Of a stretch of 64,000 bases of DNA, positions 1 to 12,884 are shown one piece after another. The stretch is taken from the NCBI GenBank assembly GCA_051362555.1, contig CM120645.1, forward strand, positions 4,030,001-4,094,000. The letters are read 5' to 3'. Each line of letters opens with the position of its first letter. Position 1 is the first letter of the stretch. Made by a program: the position numbers and the translations under genes. The DNA comes from Lingula anatina. Its lineage: Eukaryota; Animalia; Brachiopoda. The notes below the pieces were generated by a model. The model was not told where the DNA came from. It searched no databases and saw only the letters and a list, made by a program, of their open reading frames with translations.

Positions 1-3000
1 CTGGAGAGGGTCCGCAGAGAGCTGGAGGACAGGGAGGAGCAGGAGAGACTTGAGAGAGAACAACAGCTCAGGTCAGTCAAAGTCTTAGAATAAGCCATGT
101 TTGAATGTGGTTTGCAGTCAGTCACTAAGGTAGTATCTTCACAGCAGCAGGACTAATTTCTGAATTATTTTGGCCTCTTGATATTCACCTTATATTCACC
201 TTCTTCAGGGAATGAGGCCACACATGTAGCACCATTCTCTGAAGAAGTTGACCAGGTAGACACCAAAATAATAAAGTGAAAGTAAAACTGATTTTAGCTT
301 GTGTATTGAAAAAAAAAAAAACTACTGTAGTTAGTGACCGAGTGCAGAATATGGCTGATGAAATCCTTTACAAATGCACTGCACTTTCTTTACATTTTTT
401 ATGAGTTGTTTTGTTCCATCCATGAAAGGATATAAAGTCCAGATTGTGATATAGGAAAGTGTCTGGATATGGCTGACATTTATGGTGTTCTCTTTTATCA
501 CTGCATTTTTAAAAAATTTTAGAACAGTTTTACGTGAATTTTTAAGATTATAGCTGGTAATAGCTGGCGTTTATGGTGTTCTCTGTTATCACTGCATTTT
601 CTTTTTTTAATTTTACAACAGTGGGATATTTGCCGTGAATTTTAAGCTTCTTTTACTGCCCACTTATCATATTTATACTGTATTTACAGTGTTTGGTGAA
701 ATTTTAGCCTCATCCCCTCCAAAAAATTTTTTAAAATAATAACAAAAAATAAAAATAATGACAACTTCCCTGGCAGAGGGATTATAACAATACCATGTAA
801 AATTTTTTCAACATCTACTGTTTCAATTTATATGTGACACAGCGTGAGAGAGATTATAATAAGAATTTGTAAAGACCTGTATTTGACTTCCAGTATATCT
901 GCATGAATGCAGTCTGAGGTCAAGTTCCTTTTGAGGCAATTTTTCACCTTGTAAAAAGGTTTTAGGATCAAGTTTTTTTTAAATTATTTTTAATTAAACT
1001 TATATTTTCATTGCTTATATGTCACTTGCAAATCAAGCTTTTTTGCTTGTGAAGTCAATGATATTTTTTTAACTAATGGGAGATTTATTATGGCATTAAT
1101 AGGATTATCAGATGTTTACATTATGAAACACTCAAAGATTTATAGCATTAGCTTTGAGTCATATAGCACGTAACACTTGCAAAAATCAATTACAATGACG
1201 CTAAGTAAATTTCCTGAAAATTTACCCTGACATGTATGAGCTGTGCTTTGCAGGAAACCGTACCGGTGTTGTTTTGCTATATTGTTAAGAATAAGGTCAT
1301 TTTAGTTACATTTGTTTTTATCGATTGAAAATTCCTGGCTCTGTGAGTATGTAAGCGTGGTGTGGATGTATTGACCCGCCGGGTGTGAATGACAATAGAG
1401 AGTATTGTGTGCATTAATTCATAGACTGTGGACGTACACACAAGGTAACGCTGCTGTGCACAAAGGCAAGCTGCTCCACAAACTGTACAGCTGTATTGTG
1501 TGTGTCTGCTGAATTACTGGACTGAACCGGTGCTTACTTAGCCTACTTCAACCTAATTATAATAGTTCTGCTTTTGTGTTGTTACCACATAGAGCATAGT
1601 ACAGATCTGGAGGCAGCTCACGGCGTCATCACCTGGTAAGTCGTTATCGTCGCATTCAGGGAGTATGCACAGGTAGCTAGGGAAAAGTAGGGAAATATGC
1701 ATGTTTTATGAGGGGAGGTCTATTTTTAATCAGGTTGCTAGTCAGTGGAAAGGAGGCTAATCCCACGAGTCAACATTTTATTTGCAGCACAATTGACAAG
1801 GTGCACAGCAGCATGCACTGTGTTTAATGGGATCAGTTGAAAGGCAGGTTCTCTGAGGTTGACAGTTATTACCTTAATCAGTGGGTCCTGAAAAGGACAG
1901 ATGGTCAAACTACCAGTGGTGGTGGTATATGGAGGGACATTTTAATTTGATGTATAATTATTCTGAAAGGATTTGTGTTATGTTTTCTTGACTGTACAAA
2001 GGACAGATGTTGAAACTGGTGATGGTGAATGGAGGGAAAACTCTGATTTAAAAATAGTAATAACTCACAGGATGACTCGGATGTGGTTTTGGAGATGGGA
2101 ACATGAACAGGTAATTGGGCAACATGATTTAATAATAAGGTATACTAATTTTATTATTGTGCATAAAGAAAAGGTGGATTTAGATTTATGCTGTTGGAAA
2201 TAGAAGACTTAGGCTTCGTTCACATGCAATGTCTATTTTCTAAATTCTATTTTCTATTTTCGGTATGTCTTATGATCACGGTCTGTGCACTGAATATCCC
2301 GCCGCGTAATTACTGGCAGCGCGAGCCAGTTACTTATAGTAACTTATAGTTACTGGCTCGCGCTGCCAGTAATTACGCCGCGGGATATTCAGTGCACAGA
2401 CCGTGATCATAAGACATACCGAAAATAGAAAATAGAATTTAGAAAATAGACATTGCATGTGAACGAAGCCTTACATACTAGATGTATCTTAAAGGAATGG
2501 TATAATATTACTTGAGTTTCATAGTCTGTTTAGAACTTACCTCTGTGATTAACAAACTTGTGACATGCCAAAACTGAAGGAAAATATGTGTCGGACACAG
2601 GGTAAATTTTCCAACATCATTTTGTGTGGATAAATTCCACTAAAATTGAATTTTGTTCAGATACTGATTTCTGATTAAGATATTGGAGACAAATGCTGGT
2701 ACAGTTCTTTAATAAAGCAGTCCATTAATGGTGCAGAAAATGATGTATTTCACATAAGGAAATACAGTATTCTCCATAGCTCAGCCGGAGACATTTATAT
2801 TGTAATAACTGTAACAATATAGTGTCTCTGTAGGCTATAGAATTCAAAGCGTCTTGACCTCAGTTGAAATGTAATATGAAAACCAGATTTTTTCTAGTGA
2901 TTGCAACAAAACATTCATTCCATAGGAGATTATCACTCATTTTACATGCTTTTGATTTTTAGACAGCTTGCTTCTTTGGTGTCTGTCTTATATGTGGTAG

Positions 3001-6000
3001 GGTGAGTTGCAAAGAAAAATGGCTTTCAGTTTTTGCTAAAACATATTTCTTCTCAATAAAGATTTATTTTTTCAATTAAAAAAAAAATTTTTTTGGAGGG
3101 GGGAAGGGGTGTTCACCAAAAGTGATAAGATTGTAAAAGAAAGCACATATCAGTTTGAAAAGAAAGTGGATCCAGAAGGGGGTGCAGGCCTGTGACAAGC
3201 AAGGGGAGAAGGAGGCATTTTTCTGAAAAAGTTGGACTTTTTACCTCAAATACTTCATGCATGTGTTCATAGAACCTAGATCAAATTTTGATTCAGAAGA
3301 GATATTTTCCTGATGAAAAGGGTGGTTTGGTCATCCCACTTGGAAATGAATATTTAGGTGAAGGTCTAACCATGGAGTCTGTCCTTATCTGGTCACTGGT
3401 ATTATGTAGATCAAAGCAGTTGGTTCAATTATGCAATAGCCAGCATTCTATATTTATTTGTTTCTTTATTTATTTGTTTTGTCAGTTGGTTTGGGGGTAA
3501 TATTGAATAGTGGCATGTGATTGATAGGGGGAACTTGAGTTATTAAGGTTGAATAATTAGAGTGCATTACAAAGAAATAAAGAAAAGTGACTACTTTGAA
3601 CTGTGCATTGGAATATATTGGCTTTGATTGTTTTAACCAATTAAATTGATTTTGTTTAATATTTTATTTCAGTGACCATGGCCAGGTTTATTTGATTCAT
3701 TGCATTGCTAATTTGTTTAGATATATCTTACTTATTTGAAATCATTAAAATAATTTTACTGTATGGTTTTGACTCACAACGCATAAAACATATAAAAACA
3801 TATCTGTTGTTTTGATTATAATTAAATGATATTTTATTTTTGTTCTATAGAGCTGAGACCCCCAAACTGTCATCAGATATTACAGACTCAGACCAGGACA
3901 GATCGCAAAGGTTGAAAGAGAGGCGAGAAAAAGCGGATCGCGAACTGGAGGAGGCGAGACGGAAGCAGCACTCTGTGACAGGCGTCACTTCCCACGGTGC
4001 CACCCTCAGTGACGATGACAACTCTAGTCTGGATGACAGCGAACTGTTAGCTTCGCCCCGTGGAAATGGGAAAGTGTAAGTATAAGTTCAACTGTAGATA
4101 AGTTCACAGCCAGATTAAAGTGTTGAGATGCAACAATCAGGTACATGTATTAGCTGAGAACTCTGAGCTGTGATGTGATGTTATAGACAGTAAACAGTGT
4201 ATTTACTGTCATAGATAGTATGTTATTGTTTGTGATGTTATTTTGTGATCTCACAGAAGTACACAGTGCATTTAAGTGTTAGAAAGTGTACAGTACATTC
4301 TGAAGGCATAGGCAGTATATACATTGCATTGTGATGACATAGAAAGTTACCTGTGCATTGTGATTTGAATTAGAGTATAGGGTCTATTGTGATGTCATAG
4401 ACGGTGCACAGTGCACTGTGACATCATAGACAATATACATTGCATTGTGATGTCATAGACAGTGCATTGTGATGTCATAGACAGTGCACAGTGCATTGTG
4501 ACATCATAGACAATATACAATGCATTGTGATGACATAGACAGTACACAGTGCATTGTGATGTCATAGACAGTACACAGAGATTTATTATATCCTTGACGA
4601 TGTATTGTGATGTCATAGTATGATCACAATGCATTATGGTCTCAGGTTGATGTCACAAAATTAATGAATGGTTACAAAATTAAAATGGAATGAAAAAGTA
4701 TATGTTGGTGAGTTTGATTAATTTGATAAAATCAAATGATTTTTTAATTTTGTATGATAATGGAAAATGCCTCTGCTGTACTTCAAGGCATAGGTACTAT
4801 AACATGTGGGGATGTAGGATTATAGTAATTCAACATAGTTTTTATAAGTCAATGGTCGTCATTTAAGGCAAAATGTGGAGATATATACTCTGAAAAAGAC
4901 TTAATCCAGTTAGATTAATAAATAACAAGATAGTATATTCTGCAGAGCTCTTATTACTTTTATTCATAGTTTTAAAAGGTAAGATTTATTTTTTCTCTAT
5001 ATTCTGACATAATTACAATACTATTTTACAGAAATGGCTTTGTCTCGGCTACCAGACCAGTAGGAGTCAATTCTACAAAACCTTTTAACATGAATGAGGA
5101 TGAGGACGATGGTTTGTCATACTCCAGTACTGACAACAGTGAGGTGATGAACGGCACGTACAGCATGTCTCCCTATCTCAAGGAATCACTGCTCAATACC
5201 TCCAATCTCAATGGTAAGATGATGAGGTTTGAAGATCTGTTACATTAAATGTGGTTTTAGCACCAAATATAACATTTATTTTATTTTGTTTCTAGTCTAA
5301 GTTATTTTATTTTCATGAATTTTAAAGAGTTGATTTTTATGTATTTATTTTCATTTATCATATTTTTGTTACTATTTATTTTATTGATTATTATTTATGT
5401 AATTTTATTTATTATATTTATTTATTTATTTAATATTATTTATGTAATATATGTGAACCTGACTTGCATTGGCTGCCAGACCATCTGAAGTGCAGAAAGT
5501 AAACACAAAGCATAGATTTTACCATAAATCATATTGATGTATATATTATGAATATTATATTAATTTTGTTATGTATATTATATCTAATTCAGACTCCAAC
5601 CTGACCAGACTGCAGGAGCAGCTCCGTGAACAGAGCAGGAGGCTGGACAAGGAACACGGGATCAGGATGAGACTAGAGAACAAGAAGAAGGCATGGGAGA
5701 AGGAAAAAGCTGAACTTAACAAGTATGTGTTACCTGTTTCTCGTTTCTGTATTGAGAAATGATCTTAACTGGAGCCTTATTGAAGACTTATTGATAGTAA
5801 TTTTATATTTTTAATGTCTGGTAACATATTATATGACTTATTATTTCCCAGGCGTATATCAGAGCTGTCTCAGGCCAAGTCTTCCCTGGAACAGATCAAA
5901 TTGGAGTTGGAGGCCAGGCTCAGGACCAATGAGTGAGTCTATATAGGAGTTCATATGAGACAGACCTCTATCTTCACACTCCATATAACTTCACTGGATC

Positions 6001-8787
6001 TTATGTTACCAGTAGTTATGCTGAAAGAAAGTTTCATTTTGTGTAAATATGATATCTTTTGCTTGATGACAGTTTTGTGTTACCCTCTCTGCTGACTTTG
6101 AGACGTAACCGAAGGAAACAAGACTTTTTCTAATTATAATAACTACCTGTTTAATCTTTTCTTATTTGACTGTGAGTAATTTTTGCAATAAGATAATTTT
6201 GTATAAATTTTATGGTTGTTTTCACTTCAGATATGGTTTGAATGAAGAAGTAGAAAAGAGGAAAAATGCTGAGGTCCTTTTTAATAAGATCAAAGAACAG
6301 CTTGCAAGGAAGGACAGCCAGTACACAAAGTAAGACACTGGTAATTGTTTAATAAACAACATTAATTTTGAAGATAGTGTACAGGATTTGGTGACTCATT
6401 TCCAAGATAGGTGAACATACTTCATAGATTTATATCAGATATATTGTTTTAAATAATAAAACTATGAAGGAGATAACCCACTTTTGTGGCACAAGTTAAT
6501 ACAGAGGGTGGAAGTTATTTACTTATTTTTATTTTCAATTTTAAATATTAAATTAAGAGAATATGTATAACTTGGTCGCTATGGCCTTGTCATCTCTTGA
6601 TTGCAGAGAAATAGAAGCCAAGCAGAAGGTAGAACTCTCCATGAGGAACCTGCAGATGGAAAACAGGATTGCTAGTTCTAATATCAAACAGGTAACTTTA
6701 TAATTAAAATAGTAGTAAAAATAATAATGATGATGATGACAATAATAAAGAGCCAAATGAGCTGCAGTGTCATTTAAAGCAATAGAGAAAAAGGAGAACG
6801 AGAAAGAAAAAAGATGGTACATTCAGAATGTACAAATATGAAATATAATTATATATCTATGCATTTCTACCCAAAATCTGGAGAGGAGCAAAATGGGCTG
6901 TTGTGATGAAGTGGGCCAGGAGCTGAAGCATGAGAAAATAAGGAGAATGAGAGAGAGAGAAAAATATATATTTTAGAATTTATGAAGATATTTCATTGCA
7001 TATTTCAGCTTGAAGAAGAGCGGGATGAGCTGCAGCGACAGTTGAAGCAGGAGAAGAACGCCCGTGCTATGGCAGAACAGTTAAGTGAGGAACAGAGTAG
7101 GCTACAGCAGGCCATGCAGGAGGAGACATCCAAGTCCACTACACAGAAGGTAATAATATTTTTAACGGAATTTAAAAACCTTAATATGGATGAAGCATGA
7201 AATTGGAAAACATTTTGGTGGCCTCTCTAGAGAGATAAAATGTTTTTAGTTTTTTTACGTCTTTTTTCTTAATTTAATTCCCCTAATTTTTAGGCTTGAA
7301 ACCTGATTTTCTGTCAAAATAGTTCAATCCTGTTTCTGTGTTTAAAATACATGGCATGAACTATTAATGGCTAAAAAAAACTTGTTAGTTTAGTGTAACA
7401 CTATTACTTTGACCACAAAAACAACTTAATTTTTGTCCCTTAATTTTCTGTGATTTTCTATTGCATGTTGCTTCTACTGTCTTGTCCTACATTTAATTTA
7501 TTATTTTTTCCAGTACATAGAGGTATGCTGGACTGTACGTGTGCTTGCACTGCTTTTTCCTTTGTAATTAAGTTTTAAAAATTTAATCTTAAAATTTATT
7601 ACAAACAATGCTAACTGCTTTACATGCCTTTATAAAAGGACAACTAAAGCACTGGAAGTTTTTGAAGAGCACTGTTACTAATTGTTAAAAACAATTGACA
7701 CATTTATCACACACTGTCCCTGCACCACTGACTGTGTATGTGGAATGCCTTATGTCATGTTTTTGTACCTAACACTTCAAACCAAGTGAAAACTGCTTGC
7801 ATAGAACATGCCATTTCATAGAATGCTGCCTTGTATGTGTGCATGTATGTGCTCTAAATTTACAGCATATAGATTTTTAAATATGATATATGTATGTGTA
7901 TTGTAAAAGCAAACATACTAATTCTCTCTTACTCTCTGTGTCTCTTTCCTTTGCCTTGTTGCTTGCTTGGCCACCATGTAGGAGCAAGAGCTGGTATGTA
8001 GATTGTGATGTGCTAGTATAACCCCTTTGTTTTTGCAAAATAATTATTGCATTGCCAGTGTTGTGTATTTCATTTTATTCATGATAGCTTTGTGTGTTTA
8101 TTAGCTGTATGTTATTCAGATTGTTGAAGTTTTCTCTTGATCATTTGTGAATTATTTATTTTATGTGGAGCATAAATTATTTTGATTTTCATCATTAATT
8201 TTTTTTACAGCTCCCTTAATTTATTTATTGTTATCTTTAAAATTGAAGTGTTTTCCTTTCATTTTCATTTGGTTTGGTTATTCGTTAGTGTGAATAATTA
8301 ATCTGAAATACAGATTCTTCATTAGATTTTGAATTACTGTTTCAAATTTGTAGATTATCAGGATTTTTTTCTATTTTAAAAGCTTAGGTTGTGAGCAAAT
8401 TTAATTTTCATTTGATTGTTAATTACCTTCGACATTGGAATATTATATTCACAAAACATAAGAGCCAATTAAAGAGCCAAAGTAAATATGTGTAAACTTT
8501 CTCAATCTGGAAATTTTCCTGTCTTCTTTTGAAGGCGGAGGTTGTGAGCAAGTTTGAGACAGCAGACGAGGGCAGACGGCAGGCACTGGAGAATATCGAG
8601 AAGCTGAAGACAGAGCTGTACAGAGTCACCCTGGAGCTGGACATGCTGAAGAAGAAGTACCGAGATGAGCAAACTCTTCTCACCACAGAGAATGAGGAAC
8701 TCCAGCAGAAAGTGGATGAAGCAAAAAATGAAGTGGTGTGTTTGTTTGTGGTTATTTTGTTTCATGCTGTATAAAATGAACCTCAGC

Positions 8788-8819
<32 letters not shown>

Positions 8820-10307
8820 TGAGACAAAAAGGTAGGCAGGGAATAATTTTATACATGCAGGACTTTTATCATCAAGATCAAGATCTATTTCAGAAACTAA
8901 ATGAAGAAGCACTGACCCATGCCTCTATGCAATACAATGTACAGATAGGCCATTGCAAGGCTGAAATGTCACTTTTGTCTTCCAACTTAGAGAAGGAGAA
9001 GTCCAGCAGAGAAAAACTGGAGACAGAGGTGTGTGTGCGTGCATGCACATGAATATATAAATAATATATTTTAATTCAGATCTTATGTCTTATCAAAATA
9101 GTTTCACGTACGTAGATGTGTGAGCAGGATGAGTTTTGAAGAAATATGTTATGATTGGTTTTGTTAGTATTAAATTAGTTATACTACAGTATGCATGTGT
9201 TAAAGGTGGCCTCACTATACTTTCATCACATTTAATTACTTTTTGTCAGTCTGTTAAAAACAACATTACACTACATTACTCTCCATGAAAGGGGGGGATG
9301 CTAAGATGGCTATTAGTATATTTATTATATAAAAAATATGTCGTCTTTCAGCTGGAGTCCATGAAGAGCCTGTTGACTGCTGCCAACTTGGAGCTAGAGA
9401 AAACAAGACTGGCCAGGAATGAACTGGAAAAGTTAGTAAACTACTTGATACTGGTAAAAAAAGTTTTATTGAAAGAGAAAAGTAATATTTGGGTTTTTTT
9501 AAGCAACTTATTGTAAGTGGTTATTTAATGTGTTTGATGTTAAATGATTCATTTTTTTACTCAGGTCATATCAGAAAGACAAGGAAGACTGGGACAAGAC
9601 AATAGAAAAGAAAGAAGCAGAAGTACAGAGTTTTAAAGAATCAAATCAAGTAAGATACATTGTTAAGCATGAGCCATATTTTAAAGATTACTTTTCACAC
9701 TTGAATTTTAAAGACCTGTCCTTCTACTACAGCTAAGCACTGTTTGTGAAACATTCTATTATGAAGAGAAAAAATGAGTTTGAAATTTAGTTAGCAGTAA
9801 TGGCAAATATACAATGAAAGTTGCACATGAATGTCTGCTTTCAGAGTCTTTCACAACGCTATGGTGCTGCAGAAGCCAAATACACTGCCATTGAAAGTGA
9901 AGTAAGTTTTTCTAGCTGACAAACTTCACACACCTTTTCTCAACAAATGATTTATTTTTTTAGTCACAATTTAATAAATATACAAAGTACTCACTTTGTA
10001 ACAATATTTTTAAATTTATTGAGGTAGTAATATGTAAAGGAAGAAGAAAAATACAAGGAAATGGCCCATAGTTGCTGCAGAAATCAGTTTTACATTATTT
10101 TGGTTCCAATTTCAGCTCAGAGCTGCCAATACCTCTCTGCTGGAGAGGAGCAATCAAATTGCCAGCCTCCAGAGAGATCTGGACCAGAAGAAGACAGCCT
10201 ATGAGCACCTGGACCAGCAGATCAGGAAGGAGAAGGAGCTTAATGCCAAAGTACAGGCCAAACTGGAGGCTGCCCAGGAGAGGTAAGCTGAGGGAGATCA
10301 TTGGGTT

Positions 10308-10338
<31 letters not shown>

Positions 10339-12847
10339 TTATTATTGATGCATGAAATTGTGCTCTTTGTCTTCACTCAGGATTGTAGTGTATAATGTCT
10401 GTACTTTGTACAGCTTTTGTGTATTTGATGGGTACAGTAACAGCTGACTTGCTGTGTGTGATAAAAAGAATCATTATGAAGAAAATAGTCATGTCAATAG
10501 AATACATGATTTTATCCTTCTACTAGAGTATGTGTCACACCCAGTCTAAGACAAAAATGGAATGGTAGCAATACCAGTGCAAAGAATGTTATGTTCATCG
10601 TCTTTCAAAAACATTAGAAACGTGATAATAACAGGGAATCATTGTCATTCAGTGTTTCCTTATTTTAGAGAGATCAATCTACAAGACAGAAGGCAATTTT
10701 AATTAGTAATACTTAAGGAAATTGCCCAGCAGCCAGGAACAATTATTAGTGTAATACTAGTTTATTTTCCATTGTATTCCAGGGTGACTGGCCTGCAACA
10801 TGAGATGCAGACATTAAGGCAACAGTTTGATGATGCCAGGAGCAAGGACTCCATTAAAGAAAGAGCAGCCCTGGATACACAGGACAAGTTCTCCTTCATG
10901 TTGTCTTCTCTCAGGAATGACCATGATAAGGTAACACAGGGGGCTAACCCTGAAGGAAAGACTGGTCTAAGGGCCACAAAAGTATTTTCAAAGCCTCAAT
11001 TGCACTATATTTTTTAAACTTTTCTTCAATAAAGGTGGGAGATTGGTGGGTTTGAGAAAGAGCGAGAGAGAGAAAGGATGAGAGCTGTATAAAATAAAAC
11101 AAGCATGCTGAACAAAATTGGCATTATTATAATTTTACATATTATTAAGTAGTTATTGTAGCTTTCATTTTCATTTAAGATGGGAAGTACATACAATTGT
11201 CATCTCATCTCATCTCATCTCAGAGTTTCAAGTTTTTTCCTGCTTTTTACCAGTTGTCTTTATTTCCTCTCCAGTCAAGAGGTGCCCTTGAGGAGAAGAA
11301 CAGTTCCCTCAATGAAACAGTCAGCCGTCTGCGGGAAGAGGTAAGAGCCTCGGACAGTCGCAGGATTCTGCTGGAGCAGGAAATGAGGCACTTGCAGCAG
11401 GAAATGACCGAGACATCCAAGAAATTGACCACCACTGAGGCCAACTTAGAGGTCACTGTGAAGGTGAGAGATTTAAAGCAGAGAGAAAGGGAATGTCTTG
11501 TTTACTGTGATAGGCACAGTATTGAAGAGACTGGTGGTCAGAGGCAGTCTGTGCCAAAAACTTAATAAGCCAACTGAGCCTGCAGGCCACCTAGGTCTAA
11601 GAATCTTTTGACTTTAAGCCCAAGCAGTGGCCAATAATTAAACAAATTGACAGAATTTTACTGGCCAGCTACAGTTTTACCAACATTTGGCATGAGGCCA
11701 TTGTTGATGTTGAGGACTGGTGTAAACTGTGCAGAAAGTTGACCATACTTTTGCAATTTTTATACGGAGTTTTCAGAATTCATCCTTTTTGCTATTATTT
11801 GTTCTTCTGTGTCAGAGAAAAAAAATAAGTGGGATTTTATACATTTTAAGTATTGTACAAACCTCAGTAATATATGTTTTTTATCTTAAATATTTGATGA
11901 ATGAAATAAAAAACAATCTTGCTGTAAATTTTCCTCTAGATCAAGGAGCATGCTGAAGCAGAGAAAACTCGCCTGGGTTTGGAGATTGAAAAGCTGCGTC
12001 ACCGCCTTGAGAGCAGCCAGGAGAAAGAGGCTGAGTCTAAAGCAAAGATTTCAGAGCTGACAGACAGGCTGGAACAAGTAGAGCAGAGTTCCATGCTGAC
12101 CACCCAGCAGCTGGCTAACACTTCTGCCAATGCTGAGGCTGTCAATAGAACAAAGGTAAGATTTCTGATGAATTAAGGAAGTAGGTAAAATCCGTCCCCC
12201 CAAAATGTTGTATTCACATATGATTGTCTGACATACAATAAATTTAGTATTGTTATCAGTGTCATTAAAGTACTGTGTCATTTTCTGTATGTTTCATCAG
12301 CCAGTCCAGTGAAGTGTTTAATTGGGATAATAGTTAAAGTATGTAATAAGTAATTTATAATTTTCTGAAATAAGGTACATGACTGTAAAATATCCATAGA
12401 GAATTGTCAACTGCATGAGCTTATTAAATATAAAGCAAGCAAACTATTAATGGCAGTGCTTTAACTCTCAGCTCATCTCTCACACTGGACACAGATATCA
12501 GGTATGGGGACATGGGGTTCAATTATCATGGGTTGAGAGACATATTATAATATTTTTATTGGCCTAGTGCTGATTCTTGGAGGTTTATGACTTACAACAT
12601 TTTGAGACTTGCATTGGGAGTCCAATTTTTCAAGTGAACTCAAATTGGTGCAGTGTATACAAATTGTTGTAAGTTACAAACCTTTGAGAATATGTGCCCT
12701 CTGCAGCCTGGAGATACTGCATGAATGAGGGGATTTTTCACACATTGCTTGGAAGTTATTTCCCACAGTGCACGGTATATGAAATGTTTATTATTCATGT
12801 CACAGCTTGTTAGACATATATAAGCTACCAGTATTGCGTGGGGTATG

Positions 12848-12884
<37 letters not shown>

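Noticed and set aside
209-255. AG...GT-bounded candidate exon
   Set aside because: 47 nt, introduces an immediate TGA in the incoming phase, and has a weak donor; no support.
465-645. Short direct duplication (TTTATGGTGTTCTCT.TTATCACTGCATTTT twice)
   Set aside because: Ordinary local intronic duplication with no further structure.
8861-8893. Upstream acceptor extending exon 8894 by DFYHQDQDLFQ
   Set aside because: In frame but it would interrupt the ANKRD26-like alignment (NEV|KLNEE); the 8893 acceptor was preferred, though an alternative 3' site cannot be excluded.
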